Below, piece by piece: positions 1 through 10,434 of a stretch of 64,000 bases of DNA. Numbering within the stretch: position 1 is the first letter of the stretch; the number at the start of each line of letters is the position of its first letter. Source of the stretch: a candidate division WOR-1 bacterium RIFOXYB2_FULL_45_9 (GTDB lineage: Bacteria; Margulisbacteria; WOR-1; O2-12-FULL-45-9; XYB2-FULL-48-7); assembly GCA_001771575.1 (NCBI GenBank), contig MEUD01000001.1, positions 415,277 through 479,276 on the forward strand. The letters are read 5' to 3'. Made by a program: the position numbers and the translations under genes. Under the pieces are notes generated by a model that was given only the letters and a program-made list of their open reading frames with translations, had not been told where the DNA came from and did no database searches.

Positions 1-487
1 CTCTTCAACACTTAAACCGCACAGCCTGGACATTTCTCCCGGATGAGGGGTCAAGATCAGTTTCAAGTCGCGAGATGGGAGTTTTTCCGGCCGGCCGTTA
101 TAAACCGCCAGGGCATCGGCGTCAAGAACGATCGGAGAGGCAAAGCGCTTCCTGGACAAATTGGCCAGGATCTTTTCGGCGATCGTCCGCCTGTCTCCAA
201 GGCCCGGGCCAAGAGCAATGGAGGTGAAATCATGCGACAATCGATCAAAGTCCCCGACCCGATCGATCGCGGCGGTAATAACTTCAGGGGTCGCGCAATT
301 GACCTGGTCCATGGAGCGGGAAGGAACTCCCAGATAAATCAAACCGGCGCCGGCGCGCGCCGCCGCCCGCCCGCAAAGCAGAGCGGCGCCAAGCATGCCG
401 CTGGAACCGGCAAGGATAAAGAGGCGGCCAAAATCACCTTTGTGAGAATTTTGAGGTCGTTTTGGAAGTTCAGCTTTCAACATAGAC
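1..487 (-). CDS. nnrD: NAD(P)H-hydrate dehydratase (YjeF C-terminal domain), partial; the C-terminus runs off the window edge
   Basis: Reverse-strand translation from the ATG at 487 gives MLKAELPKRPQNSHKGDFGRLFILAGSSGMLGAALLCGRAA..., a typical YjeF_C glycine-rich start. There is no stop before position 1. The ORF track misses it because it is open-ended. Confidence 0.6.
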
Positions 488-865
488 CGACGCCACCGCG
501 TAATCACGGCTGTGCGAAAGGCTGACCTGAACGTTGTCGAGGATTTTTCCCTGAAAAGAGAGGTGCGGTTTGCCGTCCTGGTTGTTAACGATCTCGATGT
601 CTTGCCACTCCAGTCCCCGGTTGGAGCGGCCAAATCCTTTGATCCCGGTCCCCATCGCTTTTGAGTAGGCTTCTTTGGCAGCGAACCTGACCGCCAGTTC
701 GGGGATCCGGTAGGCTTTTTGCCGGGTGCAGTATTTTATTTCGGTCGGCGAATAGACCCGGCGCAGGAATTTTTCCCCGTAATTATTGACGGCGTCTTTG
801 ATCCGTCCGATCTCAATAATGTCTATGCCGATCCCCTTCATGTTTAATAAACCGGCGTGCTCCAC
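470..865 (-). CDS. acpS: holo-[acyl-carrier-protein] synthase (4'-phosphopantetheinyl transferase)
   Basis: 131 aa with GIGIDIIEI at the N-terminus and an overall AcpS-like sequence. Confidence 0.8.
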   Translation of the reverse strand: MEHAGLLNMKGIGIDIIEIGRIKDAVNNYGEKFLRRVYSPTEIKYCTRQKAYRIPELAVRFAAKEAYSKAMGTGIKGFGRSNRGLEWQDIEIVNNQDGKPHLSFQGKILDNVQVSLSHSRDYAVASVYVES

Positions 866-1758
866 GAAATATACTTGGGATTATCGCCACGGGCCGCTTT
901 GAAGTAAAGGTTTTGGATCTTCTTGGTCAACGGACCGATCATTCCGCCGCCGATCACGTTCTCATCGACTTGGGCGATCGGCGAGACCTGCGCGCCGGTC
1001 CCGCAGAAAAACAGTTCGTCGGCAGTGTAGAGTTCTCCCTGCTGGATCTGCCGCTCGATGGTTTTCAGCCCGAGCTCTTTTTCGGCCAGCTCCATGATAC
1101 AGAGCCTGGTAATGCCGGGAAGGATCGTTTCCGATACCGGGGGCGTGATCAACTGTCCACCTTTGATCATGAACAAATTTTCCCCGGAACCTTCGGCAAC
1201 CGTTTTTTCGTGGGATAAGAGAATCGCTTCGTCGAAGCCTTTTTCCAGCGCTTCCGCTTTGGCCAGCGAAGAATTGAAATACGTACCGGTCATTTTTGCC
1301 CCCTGCGGCGCCGACCTGGCCGAGATCCGCCACCAGGAAGAGACGCAAACCTTGATCCCTTTGCTGATATCAAGATAGTTGCCAAAGGGGGACATGAACA
1401 TACAAAAGTCGTCTTCAATCCCGATCAAGCCCAAGCCGATCTTGGCTTGCGACTTGTAATAGATCGGCCGAAAATAAACATCTTCTTTATAGCCGTTCTT
1501 TTTTGCCAGCTCGATCGTAAAATCGCACAATTCGTCGATCGAATATTTTAGTTCGGTTTTCAAACCAAGGTTGGCGGAGCGCTGGAGCCGCTCGTAATGC
1601 TCGCGTAATTTCACCAGATACAGCTGGTTTTTATCGGCGTTCCAGTACCCCCGGATCCCTTCAAATACGCCGGTCCCGTAATTGAAAGCGTGGGTCATAA
1701 TGGAAATATTGGCCTGTTCAAAGGGGACGATCTTTCCTTTAAAAAACGCGTATTTCAT
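844..1758 (-). CDS. ilvE: branched-chain amino acid aminotransferase (class IV PLP enzyme)
   Basis: 304 aa showing the aminotransferase class IV pattern (FEGIRGY, GTGAQVSPI). Confidence 0.8.
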   Translation of the reverse strand: MKYAFFKGKIVPFEQANISIMTHAFNYGTGVFEGIRGYWNADKNQLYLVKLREHYERLQRSANLGLKTELKYSIDELCDFTIELAKKNGYKEDVYFRPIYYKSQAKIGLGLIGIEDDFCMFMSPFGNYLDISKGIKVCVSSWWRISARSAPQGAKMTGTYFNSSLAKAEALEKGFDEAILLSHEKTVAEGSGENLFMIKGGQLITPPVSETILPGITRLCIMELAEKELGLKTIERQIQQGELYTADELFFCGTGAQVSPIAQVDENVIGGGMIGPLTKKIQNLYFKAARGDNPKYISWSTPVY

Positions 1759-1772
1759 GGCTATCCTCTTTT

Positions 1773-3332
1773 CTACATAGTTTCCGGAGCCGTTATACCC
1801 AACAAGTCTAACACATTGCGGAGCGTAATTCGAGTTGCCCCTACCAGGTACTCACGCGAGGGATTTCCCAGAACTTTGCATTGTTCATAAAAGGAATGAA
1901 AAAGGGCCGCCAGCTCTTTGCCGTATTCGCAGATCCGGTGAGGATGGCGAAGCTGGGCGGCGTCATAAACAACTTCAGGAAACCGGATCAGTTTCATGAT
2001 TAGATTCCGTTCCGCCGGCGTACTTAACTCGCTGATCTTTAACTCTTTGATCCCTTGATCACTTGATCCCTCTCCCTTTCTTAATATCCCGCAAATCCTG
2101 GCGTGCCCGTACTGCAAATAAAAAACCGGGTTGTCGCTGGAGCGCTTCTTCGCCAGCTCCAAGTCGAAATCAAGATGCGAATTCACGTCGGTCGCGGCAA
2201 AGAAAAAGCGGGTCGCGTCCACCCCGATCTCTTCGACCACCTCTTTCAGGGTCACCATCTCGCCGGTCCTCTTGCTCATTCTGACCTGTTCGTCGCCGCG
2301 GTAGAGAGCGACCAGCTGGCCGATAATAATTTCCAATTTTTCGGCAGGGAGTCCGATCGCTTTGAGGGCCGCTTTCAAACGCTGGACGTAGCCGTGATGG
2401 TCGGTCCCCCAGATGTTGACCATCAGGTCGTAGCCGCGTTCGAACTTATTTAAATGATACGCGATATCGGCGGCAAAATAGGTCGGCTTGCCGTCTTCGC
2501 GGACCAGGACCCGGTTCTTATCATCGCCATGCTCTTGCGACTTGAACCAGACCGCACCCCCTTCGACAAAGGTCTGGTGATTTCGTTTTAATTGTTCAAC
2601 CGCTCCCAGTACCAGGTTTTGGTCATGAAGCTCATTTTCATAATAGAACCGGTCAAACTCGACCCCAACCGAGGCAAGGACCTTCTTCTGCTCATTAAGA
2701 TTAAAGGCGAGCATCTCGCCGATCGTTTCACCCTTAGTCTCTTGAACGTAGGCGCCGCCGTAGCCGTTTTCCGGGACTGGCGCTCCGGCCCGCGCCGCCA
2801 GCACCGACGCGTAAAGCTTGTCGACCTGGTTGCCGACGTTGTTAACGTAAAATTCCTTTTCCGTCCGGTAGCCGACCGCCGAAAAGAGCCTGGCGAGGCA
2901 ATCGCCAAAGACCGCCCAGCGGCCATGGCCAACGTGGAGCGGACCGGTCGGGTTAGCTGAAACATATTCCAAAAGGACCGAGCGGCCCAGGTAGCGGGCC
3001 GACTTTCCCCACTCCCGATCGAGCGGAACGATCTCTTTAAGGCGCTGTTCGATCGCCTGGTCGGAGAGGAAGAGGTTGATAAAACCCGGCGGAGCGATCT
3101 CGATCTTGGAAAAATGCCGCCCCTGATCAAGTTTATTGATCTCATCCACCAATTCTTTGGCGATCTGCATGGGAGGTTTCTTCAAGGTCCTGGCGCTGAC
3201 GATAGCCGCGTTGGTGGCATAATCACCAAGCTCCCGGCGAGGCGGCACCTCGACTTTGTAAGGGACGGGCTCAGAAACGCCAAGGAGGCCAAAGGCCCCC
3301 TTGACCTGCGATTCAAGGACAGAACGAAGCAT
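1773..3332 (-). CDS. argS: arginine--tRNA ligase
   Basis: 519 aa with a class I HIGH-like motif (PTGPLHVGHGR), DALR anticodon-binding C-terminus and an ArgS N-terminal domain. Confidence 0.9.
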   Translation of the reverse strand: MLRSVLESQVKGAFGLLGVSEPVPYKVEVPPRRELGDYATNAAIVSARTLKKPPMQIAKELVDEINKLDQGRHFSKIEIAPPGFINLFLSDQAIEQRLKEIVPLDREWGKSARYLGRSVLLEYVSANPTGPLHVGHGRWAVFGDCLARLFSAVGYRTEKEFYVNNVGNQVDKLYASVLAARAGAPVPENGYGGAYVQETKGETIGEMLAFNLNEQKKVLASVGVEFDRFYYENELHDQNLVLGAVEQLKRNHQTFVEGGAVWFKSQEHGDDKNRVLVREDGKPTYFAADIAYHLNKFERGYDLMVNIWGTDHHGYVQRLKAALKAIGLPAEKLEIIIGQLVALYRGDEQVRMSKRTGEMVTLKEVVEEIGVDATRFFFAATDVNSHLDFDLELAKKRSSDNPVFYLQYGHARICGILRKGEGSSDQGIKELKISELSTPAERNLIMKLIRFPEVVYDAAQLRHPHRICEYGKELAALFHSFYEQCKVLGNPSREYLVGATRITLRNVLDLLGITAPETM

Positions 3333-3524
3333 TTACTTGGTTTCGTTCAAGTTCTTTTTTATCTCTTCGAACTTTTCTTTCCCTTTTTCCAGCGAATCTT
3401 TAAGCTTGGCCCTCGTCTCGTCCCCTTTTCCCGGGGCAAACAACATGCCGCCAATCGCTCCCAGGATCCCGCCTACAGCAAACACTTTGAACAATCCTTT
3501 TAATCCCATCTTTTTTAAACTCAT
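3333..3524 (-). CDS. YtxH-like small membrane/stress protein
   Basis: 63 aa with a single N-terminal hydrophobic helix followed by APGKGDETRAKL, which fits the YtxH family pattern. Confidence 0.4.
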   Translation of the reverse strand: MSLKKMGLKGLFKVFAVGGILGAIGGMLFAPGKGDETRAKLKDSLEKGKEKFEEIKKNLNETK

Positions 3525-3526
3525 CT

Positions 3527-3817
3527 TTAGTCCTCCTTTTTATCATTCAAAAATACATTCAACCCTTTGCGCAGGCCGCCGACAAAAGCAGCAAGCGTCG
3601 TGTTCTTGTTCCACTTCTTTTTGGAGCCACCCAGCGCGCCAAAAATCATTGTCACCGCGTCCAGGAGCGAAGTGATCGCCAGGACCTTTTCCCTAATCTC
3701 CCCGCTCATCTTGCGGACGTCGGAGAGGATCATGATCCCCTGAATGACCGCGACGGTCAAGGCCAGAAGAAGCAAAACCCCGGAAAACACCAAGACGTTG
3801 ATCAAAATGTCGTGCAT
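3527..3817 (-). CDS. DUF948-like membrane protein (YtxG-like)
   Basis: 96 aa with an N-terminal TM helix and a helical body. It sits between two YtxH-like genes, as in Firmicutes ytxGHJ stress operons. Confidence 0.35.
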   Translation of the reverse strand: MHDILINVLVFSGVLLLLALTVAVIQGIMILSDVRKMSGEIREKVLAITSLLDAVTMIFGALGGSKKKWNKNTTLAAFVGGLRKGLNVFLNDKKED

Positions 3818-3820
3818 TTT

Positions 3821-4051
3821 TTATCCTCCTTCATGATCTTCTTTGATCTTTTCCGCTTCATCCAGGCCAACGCTAAAGGCTTCCGCGAACCGGTCAAGCA
3901 CCTCACCCAGATTGAATTCATGGATCTTTTGCTTGATCAATTCCCTGCTTTTTTCGCCAATCGATGGGGAGAGCATTAGTCCAAGAACGCCGCCGATCAA
4001 TCCACCGGCCAATAGACCGACCAGTAAATTATTGTCGTCCTGATCAGGCAT
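3821..4051 (-). CDS. YtxH-like small membrane/stress protein
   Basis: 76 aa with a Gly-rich TM segment (LLAGGLIGGVLGLMLSP) followed by SIGEKSRELI. Confidence 0.4.
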   Translation of the reverse strand: MPDQDDNNLLVGLLAGGLIGGVLGLMLSPSIGEKSRELIKQKIHEFNLGEVLDRFAEAFSVGLDEAEKIKEDHEGG

Positions 4052-4052
4052 G

Positions 4053-4916
4053 TTATTTCCCTCTAGGATACGATCCCAGCAATTTCACAAATGATGTTTT
4101 GCGCTTCAAATTGTTCAATACGATCTGAATGTCCGTGTCGGAACGGTGCCCCTGCATATCGGCAAAGAAATAATAATCTCCCAGAGATTTTTTCGAAGGG
4201 CGTGATTCTATCTTCGTGAGATTGATATCCTTATCGGCGATCTCGGTCAGGACGTCGTGCAGGCCGCCCGGCCGGTCTTTGGCGATGGAAAAAACTATTG
4301 AGGTCTTATCGTCGCCCGTCCGGGGATGGTCCGTTTTGGCCAAAACCACGAAGCGGGTCTGATTCTCTTTCGCGTTGATCTGGGAAGCGACAATGTTCAA
4401 GTTGAACAGTTTGGCCGAGGCCTTGGTCCCGATCGCGGCAAAGACGTGACCTTTGACCTTGCCATGGGCAATGACCCTTTCTCCCAAAGAGACCGCCACC
4501 TGGCGGACCGCGTCGGAAGAGCTGTAAGCGAGATGGAGCTTAACTTTCGGCAGGTTTTTTCTTAAAAAGTCGCGACACTGGTCCAGGACCGGAGGATTGG
4601 AGATCACGTCTGTCACGTCAGCTAAGCGGACCCCTTTTTGGGCGATCAAATAATGAAAGATCGGCAGAACGAATTCCCGCTTTATCTTGAGATCGACCTC
4701 TTTGACCAGCATGTCGGTCACGATCCCGATCGTTCCTTCGATCGAGTTCTCGATCGGCACAACCGCCTCATCCACCGCGCGGCGGTTCACCGCGGTAATA
4801 AGATCAAAAAAAGTGGAGAAAGGAATAAGCTCGGCTTTTTGCTTCAGTTTCTTAACGTATAACAGACCGGCTTCTTCGCTATTGGTCCCTTCAGGACCGA
4901 GATACCCTACTTTCAT
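4053..4916 (-). CDS. pheA: prephenate dehydratase (PDT plus ACT domains)
   Basis: 287 aa with a PDT domain ([12 protein letters not shown]) and a C-terminal ACT regulatory domain. Confidence 0.85.
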   Translation of the reverse strand: MKVGYLGPEGTNSEEAGLLYVKKLKQKAELIPFSTFFDLITAVNRRAVDEAVVPIENSIEGTIGIVTDMLVKEVDLKIKREFVLPIFHYLIAQKGVRLADVTDVISNPPVLDQCRDFLRKNLPKVKLHLAYSSSDAVRQVAVSLGERVIAHGKVKGHVFAAIGTKASAKLFNLNIVASQINAKENQTRFVVLAKTDHPRTGDDKTSIVFSIAKDRPGGLHDVLTEIADKDINLTKIESRPSKKSLGDYYFFADMQGHRSDTDIQIVLNNLKRKTSFVKLLGSYPRGK

Positions 4917-5349
4917 GTTTTACAACCTCCAGCTTTGACTCTTTGAGCATTTCGCTTGCCAGCGCGTCGGGATAGCCCCCTTCATAAACTAATTTGACCA
5001 ACCCGGCATTGATGATCATCTTAACACAGATAACGCAAGGCTGAAAAGTGCAGTAAAGAGTCCCTCCCTCGATCTTGACCCCGTGCCAGGCGGCCTGAAC
5101 AATGGCGTTTTGTTCAGCATGCAGGCCGCGGCAGAGCTCATGGCGCTGGCCGGAGGGGATGTCCATCTGTTTGCGGATGCAGGTTTCGTTGGTGCAGTGC
5201 TTAAAGCCGCGAGGCGATCCGTTATAACCGGTCGACAGTATCCTTTTATCCTTAACGATCACCGCGCCAACGCTCCGTTTGACGCAGGTCGCCCGTTCAG
5301 AAACATCGTGGGCGATCTTCATGAAATAATCGTCCCAGGCAGGCCTCAT
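4891..5349 (-). CDS. dCMP/CMP deaminase, zinc-binding
   Basis: 152 aa carrying HAEQNAI and PCxxC (PCVICVKM) cytidine/deoxycytidylate deaminase motifs. Confidence 0.75.
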   Translation of the reverse strand: MRPAWDDYFMKIAHDVSERATCVKRSVGAVIVKDKRILSTGYNGSPRGFKHCTNETCIRKQMDIPSGQRHELCRGLHAEQNAIVQAAWHGVKIEGGTLYCTFQPCVICVKMIINAGLVKLVYEGGYPDALASEMLKESKLEVVKHESRVSRS

Positions 5350-6293
5350 GATTTCCTTTTTATTACAGACCGCGCCGCTTTAACGATCTCTTCGGCGGTC
5401 AAGCCGTACTTAACCAAAAGCTCGTCGGGCTTACCCGATTCGCCAAAAACATCTTTCAAACCGACCCTGACCATTGGAACGGCGCAATTCTCGACCAGCA
5501 CTTCGGCCACCGCCCCGCCGAGGCCACCAAGGATGGAATGCTCTTCGACCGTCACCACCGCTCCGGTCCTCTTGGCCGAGTCGACGATCAGTTTCTTGTC
5601 CAGCGGCTTGATGGTGTGCAGATTAATGACCTCCGCCTCGATCCCTTTCCCGGCGAGATCGGCCGCCGCGTCCAGCGCGGTCGCAACCATTATGCCGCAG
5701 GAAAAGATGGTCAGGTCTTTCCCCGGCCGCAAGACCACTCCCCGGCCAAGCTGAAATTTATAGTCTTCGGCGTTGATGATCGGGGTCTTTGGCCGGCTAA
5801 GCCTGATGTACATTGGACCATGGAACTCCGCCGCCGCGCGGATCACTTTTTCGGTCTCCACCGAATCGGACGGAACAACGACGGTCATGTTCGGAATGAC
5901 CCGCATGATGGCAATATCTTCGTTCGCCTGGTGTGAAGCGCCGTCTTCCCCGGTCACGATCCCGGCGTGAGTGACGACTATTTTGACGTTGGCCCGGGTG
6001 TAAGCGACCGATAAGCGGACCTGGTCCCAGGCGCGGCCTGAACCAAAAACGGCAAAGGTCGAAGCAAAAGCGATCTTGCCGCAGGCGGCAAGTCCCGCCG
6101 CGGTGCTGATCATGTCCTGTTCCGCGACCCCCATGTTAAAAAAGCGGTCAGGGAAAAGTTTGCCGAACTCCGCCGTCTTGGTCGAAGCGGAAAGATCGGC
6201 GTCCAGAACTACGACGTTTGGGTTCTCTTTCCCAAGCTGGGCCAGGGCCTTGCCGTAAGCGTCGCGGGTAGCGGCTAATTTAACCTCGCTCAT
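5346..6293 (-). CDS. transketolase, C-terminal (pyrimidine-binding/C-terminal domain) subunit
   Basis: 315 aa matching the transketolase Pyr and C domains. It is adjacent to, and overlaps, the N-terminal subunit gene. Confidence 0.85.
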   Translation of the reverse strand: MSEVKLAATRDAYGKALAQLGKENPNVVVLDADLSASTKTAEFGKLFPDRFFNMGVAEQDMISTAAGLAACGKIAFASTFAVFGSGRAWDQVRLSVAYTRANVKIVVTHAGIVTGEDGASHQANEDIAIMRVIPNMTVVVPSDSVETEKVIRAAAEFHGPMYIRLSRPKTPIINAEDYKFQLGRGVVLRPGKDLTIFSCGIMVATALDAAADLAGKGIEAEVINLHTIKPLDKKLIVDSAKRTGAVVTVEEHSILGGLGGAVAEVLVENCAVPMVRVGLKDVFGESGKPDELLVKYGLTAEEIVKAARSVIKRKS

Positions 6294-7132
6294 AATTCAA
6301 TATCCTTTATCTTACACAGTTCGCAAAGGGCCTGTTTTTCCTGTTCCGGGGTCGGCGGCGAGCCGTGAAAACTTAATGGAGCCGCTTCCATAAAGCTGAC
6401 CCCTTTTCCTTTGATCGTGTCGGCAATAATGACCGTCGGTTTTCCTTTGGTCTTTTTAGCGTTATCGATCGCTTCGATCAGCGCTTTGATCGAATGGCCA
6501 TCACAGCGGATCACGTGCCAGTTAAACGACCGCCACTTGTCTTCAAACGGAGCAAGGGTCTTGATGTCTTCGATCTTTCCATCGATCTGGTATTTATTGT
6601 GGTCGACGATCGCGGTGAGATTGTCGAGCTTGCGGTGCCCGGAGGTCATGGCCGCTTCCCAAACCTGCCCCTCCTGGCATTCGCCGTCCCCCAGCAAGCA
6701 GTAGACGCGATAATCATTTTTGTCGAGCCGGCCGGCCAGCGCCATCCCGTTGGCGGCAGAGAGCCCCTGGCCAAGGGAACCGGTCGACATCTCGATCCCG
6801 GGAAGCGAGAGCATATCAATATGTCCTTGCAAAGAACTGCCGATCTGGCGCAGGGTCTTTAAATATTTAGCTGGAAAGTAACCGGCCTCCGCCAGGGCGG
6901 AATAGAGGATCGGCGCGGCGTGGCCTTTACTCATCACAAAACGATCCCGCTCTGTCCAGCCGGGATCTTTGGGATTGTGTCTTAATGCATGGAAATATAG
7001 GACCGTAATAATATCAGCGGCGGAGAGCGATCCTCCGGGGTGGCCCGAAGCGGCGGCGCAGGTCATCGCAATGACGTGCTGTCTTAATTTTGACGCAATT
7101 TCCTGCAGTTTTTTTATCTCGTCGCCGCTCAT
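6290..7132 (-). CDS. transketolase, N-terminal (TPP-binding) subunit
   Basis: 280 aa with a TPP-binding GDG motif (LLGDGECQEG). The split-transketolase arrangement is shown by a 4-nt overlap with the downstream subunit. Confidence 0.85.
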   Translation of the reverse strand: MSGDEIKKLQEIASKLRQHVIAMTCAAASGHPGGSLSAADIITVLYFHALRHNPKDPGWTERDRFVMSKGHAAPILYSALAEAGYFPAKYLKTLRQIGSSLQGHIDMLSLPGIEMSTGSLGQGLSAANGMALAGRLDKNDYRVYCLLGDGECQEGQVWEAAMTSGHRKLDNLTAIVDHNKYQIDGKIEDIKTLAPFEDKWRSFNWHVIRCDGHSIKALIEAIDNAKKTKGKPTVIIADTIKGKGVSFMEAAPLSFHGSPPTPEQEKQALCELCKIKDIEL

Positions 7133-7136
7133 TTTT

Positions 7137-8000
7137 CTATTCTACCATAATCTTAATCTCGGGCTCAAGATTGACCTTATACTTCTCTTTGACGATCTTT
7201 TGCGCTTTGGTCATCAGCTTCAAAACGTCACGGCTCGACGCTTCCCCCAGGTTGACGATAAAGTTGGCATGCTTTTCCGATATCTGGGCGTCGCCGCAGC
7301 GCAATCCCTTGGCGCCTGATTCCTGCAGCAGCTTCCCGGCGATTTTCTTCTGCTGGTTTTTAAACACGCTCCCCGCGTTGGGAATACCGAGCGGCTGTTT
7401 CAGTTTTCTTTGAGCCAGATGCTCATTGATCTTTTCGCGCATCGCTTTGACCTGCCCGGTCTTCAATTTAAAGGCCGTTTCCACCACGATCAAACCTTTT
7501 TTCTCGATCGAACTTTTTCGATAGCCAAACCCGAGCTCTTTTCTGGTCAAAACAACTTCCTGGCCATTTTTATCCAGCGCCTTAACATGGTCGATTGAGC
7601 CGGAGATCTCTTTCCCCCACGCCCCGGCGTTCATGACGATCGCCCCGCCAACCGTACCCGGGATCCCGGCCAGAAATTCCAGTCCGGTCAAACGCCGTTT
7701 TAGGGCGACCTGAACCAATTGAGGAAGATAAACCCCCGCTTCGGCATACAATAAGTTGTCTTTAAAATAGATCCTCTTCAATCCATTGGCCAGCTTAATA
7801 ACTAACCCGCGATATCCCTTATCCAGGGCCAGCACGTTCGTTCCCGCCCCAAGAATGGCGAATTTTAGTTTTTTCTCTCGCGCGTATTGGATCGCTTCCG
7901 CAAGTTCCTCTTGATTTTTTGGCACGCAAAAATATCTGGCCGGCCCGCCGATCCGAAACGATGTATGTTTTTTTAACGGCTCGTCTTTAAGGTATTTCAT
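7137..8000 (-). CDS. murB: UDP-N-acetylenolpyruvoylglucosamine reductase
   Basis: 287 aa with the FAD-binding PCMH-type N-terminus (RIGGPARYF...ILGAGTN) typical of MurB. Confidence 0.85.
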   Translation of the reverse strand: MKYLKDEPLKKHTSFRIGGPARYFCVPKNQEELAEAIQYAREKKLKFAILGAGTNVLALDKGYRGLVIKLANGLKRIYFKDNLLYAEAGVYLPQLVQVALKRRLTGLEFLAGIPGTVGGAIVMNAGAWGKEISGSIDHVKALDKNGQEVVLTRKELGFGYRKSSIEKKGLIVVETAFKLKTGQVKAMREKINEHLAQRKLKQPLGIPNAGSVFKNQQKKIAGKLLQESGAKGLRCGDAQISEKHANFIVNLGEASSRDVLKLMTKAQKIVKEKYKVNLEPEIKIMVE

Positions 8001-8003
8001 GCC

Positions 8004-9413
8004 TCACCCACCATCCCGATGTACATCGGGATGGTCCCTCATCTTCAGCCTAAGCAAAATCTCTTTCGCTACGGTATAAATATCTCCCGCGCCGACCGTC
8101 AAGAGCATGTCCCCGGGCTTAAGTTCTTTCATTAGCTGTTCCACGATCTTTTCTTTTTTGGGTATATACGAAGCTTTTTCCTTATCGAGCAGATTGGCGA
8201 TCGTCTTGCCGGAGATACCCGGGATCGGCTTTTCCGACGCGGCATAGATATCGGAAATAATAACCCGGTCCGCGTCAGAAAACGCGGTCCCGAACCGGTC
8301 CTTGAGCAGTTTGGTCCTGGTATAGCGATGCGGCTGAAAAACACAAACGATCTTCCGCTTCGGCCAGCCGGCCCGGGCGGCGGAAAGGGTCGCTTTGATC
8401 TCGGTCGGGTGATGGGCGTAATCATCAATGATCATGATGTCGGATTGCTCTCCGACTATCGAGAAGCGGCGCCGCGCTCCGACAAAAGTCTGCAGGGCGG
8501 AGACCATCAGGGAAAAATCGATCCCAAACTCAAAGCCGATAGCGAAAACCGCCAGACTGTTTAAGACGTTCTGCCAGCCGGGAACCGACAATCCGACTTC
8601 GCCGACCTCTTCCCCGTTCTTAAGCAATATATAGCTGGAGTTAAATTTGGAATGTTTCAGGTTCTTCGCGCTGTATTCCATTCCCGGATCAAGCCCATAG
8701 GTAATAAATCTTTTCCCCGCCCGCTCCATCAGCCGGCGATTGTTCGGATCGGTCCCGTCGACCAAAATAAACCCGTTGGCAGGGACCCGGGAAGCAAATT
8801 CCTCAAAGGTCCTGAAAAGCTCTTCGGTATTGCCGAAGTGCTCCATGTGGTCCTCTTCAATGTTAGTGATGATCTCGATCGTGGGGGAAAGAAAAAGAAA
8901 AGAGCTGTCCGATTCGTCCGCTTCCGCGACGCAAAAGCCGCCGCTCCCCATTTTAGCGTTGCCGCCGACGTAATCCATGTCGCAGCCGATCAGGAAAGTC
9001 GGGTTCAGTTTGGCCGCGTCCAGGACCTTGGCGATCATCGCGGTCGTGGTCGTTTTGCCGTGCGTTCCGGCAACGGCGATACGGTTCTGGGAACGGGACA
9101 TGATCCAGGCAAGCATTTCGGCCCGCTTCAGGATCGGGATCCCTTTGGCCTGCCCCTCTTTTAGTTCCGGATTGTCAAAGCTGACCGCCGAAGAATAGAC
9201 CATCAGGTCGATCCCCCGGACATTGTCGGCATCGTGGCCGATCTGGATCTTGACCCCCATATCTTTGAGGCGAACGGTATTGGGGTTCTCTTTTACGTCG
9301 GAGCCGCTGACCTTAAAGCCCATTTCGTGCAGGATCTTGGCGATGCCGGAGACCCCGCAACCGCCGACCCCGACCAAATGGATATTTTTGATTTTATTAA
9401 AATCTAATGGCAT
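8004..9413 (-). CDS. murC: UDP-N-acetylmuramate--L-alanine ligase
   Basis: 469 aa Mur ligase with a P-loop (GTHGKTTTT) and the MurC N-terminal dinucleotide fold (VGVGGCGVSGIA). Confidence 0.9.
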   Translation of the reverse strand: MPLDFNKIKNIHLVGVGGCGVSGIAKILHEMGFKVSGSDVKENPNTVRLKDMGVKIQIGHDADNVRGIDLMVYSSAVSFDNPELKEGQAKGIPILKRAEMLAWIMSRSQNRIAVAGTHGKTTTTAMIAKVLDAAKLNPTFLIGCDMDYVGGNAKMGSGGFCVAEADESDSSFLFLSPTIEIITNIEEDHMEHFGNTEELFRTFEEFASRVPANGFILVDGTDPNNRRLMERAGKRFITYGLDPGMEYSAKNLKHSKFNSSYILLKNGEEVGEVGLSVPGWQNVLNSLAVFAIGFEFGIDFSLMVSALQTFVGARRRFSIVGEQSDIMIIDDYAHHPTEIKATLSAARAGWPKRKIVCVFQPHRYTRTKLLKDRFGTAFSDADRVIISDIYAASEKPIPGISGKTIANLLDKEKASYIPKKEKIVEQLMKELKPGDMLLTVGAGDIYTVAKEILLRLKMRDHPDVHRDGG

Positions 9414-10434
9414 TGATTATTTCTTGGGCCGCTTCCGGTCTGGCCAACCGGCGGCAAGCCTCTTTCATTTGTTTTAGATCAAGGGAATCGTTGACCAAAG
9501 AAGCGAATTTTTCCGGGGTCAGTTCGCCGTTCTTGACCAGCACCCCAGCTCCCGCCTCTTCCACGACCCGGGCGTTAAGGTCCTGATGGCCTTCGGCCGA
9601 ATATGGGAACGGAACCAGGACCATCGGCAAACCGCGGACCAAAAATTCAGCGATCGCCGTCGCCCCCGCCCGAGAGACCACCAGATCGGCCGCCGCAATA
9701 GCCTCGGCTATATTATACATGTATTCCACCGGTTTATAAAAAGGATATTCGCTTCTCTTTAAAAGAGGAAAATCGCGGCTCCCGATAATATGGACGATCT
9801 TTATCCCCTCTTTGATCAGAGGCAAAGCGGCGATCACTGCTTGATTAACGCTCCTCGCCCCCTGGCTCCCCCCAACGACCAGGACCATTTTGTCGCCTGG
9901 TTCACAGCCAAAGAGAGCGCGGCTGGCCTCCCGGTCGGCTAAAGCGATCTCTCCCCTGACCGGGTTGCCGGTGACGATTCCTTGAGGCAAATACTCCCTG
10001 GAGCGGTCGAAAGAAAGAAAGACCTTTTTCGCCCAACGGGCAAAAAGCCTATTCGTCACCCCGGGCAAAACATTCTGTTCATGAAGATAGATCGGGATCG
10101 AAAGAAATTTAGCGGCCAGGACGACCGGCAGGCTGGCATACCCTCCAGTGGAAAGCAGAACATTGGGCCGCTCGCGCACCAGATAAGCCAGCGCCTGAAA
10201 AAAACCGATCAAAGAGATGAACGGGGCGGAGAGAGCCTTGTAAGAAAGCTTGCGCAAAAGGGCCCGCGACTTGATCAATTTGATCGGGAAGCCGGCTTTG
10301 GCGATCAACCCTTTTTCCAGCCCTTCTTCGCTCCCGATAAAAAGGACTTTATTTTCCGGGATCAACTCCCGGGCGACGGCGATCCCGGGATAGATATGCC
10401 CGCCGGTCCCGCCGGAAACTATGACGATCTTCAT
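9397..10434 (-). CDS. murG: undecaprenyldiphospho-muramoylpentapeptide beta-N-acetylglucosaminyltransferase
   Basis: 345 aa with N-terminal SGGTGGHIYP, a GT28 signature. Confidence 0.9.
   Translation of the reverse strand: MKIVIVSGGTGGHIYPGIAVARELIPENKVLFIGSEEGLEKGLIAKAGFPIKLIKSRALLRKLSYKALSAPFISLIGFFQALAYLVRERPNVLLSTGGYASLPVVLAAKFLSIPIYLHEQNVLPGVTNRLFARWAKKVFLSFDRSREYLPQGIVTGNPVRGEIALADREASRALFGCEPGDKMVLVVGGSQGARSVNQAVIAALPLIKEGIKIVHIIGSRDFPLLKRSEYPFYKPVEYMYNIAEAIAAADLVVSRAGATAIAEFLVRGLPMVLVPFPYSAEGHQDLNARVVEEAGAGVLVKNGELTPEKFASLVNDSLDLKQMKEACRRLARPEAAQEIINAIRF

Noticed and set aside
43-525. Plus-strand 160-aa ORF at the left edge
   Set aside because: It lies antisense to a well-supported YjeF_C (nnrD) reading frame and to acpS. 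It has an Arg/Gly/Ala-rich, low-complexity composition typical of spurious ORFs in GC-rich DNA.
8132-9198. Multiple antisense or alternative-frame ORFs within murC (Arg/Pro-rich 68-170 aa)
   Set aside because: They are embedded in a strongly supported Mur ligase reading frame. Their compositions are typical of out-of-frame GC-rich translation.
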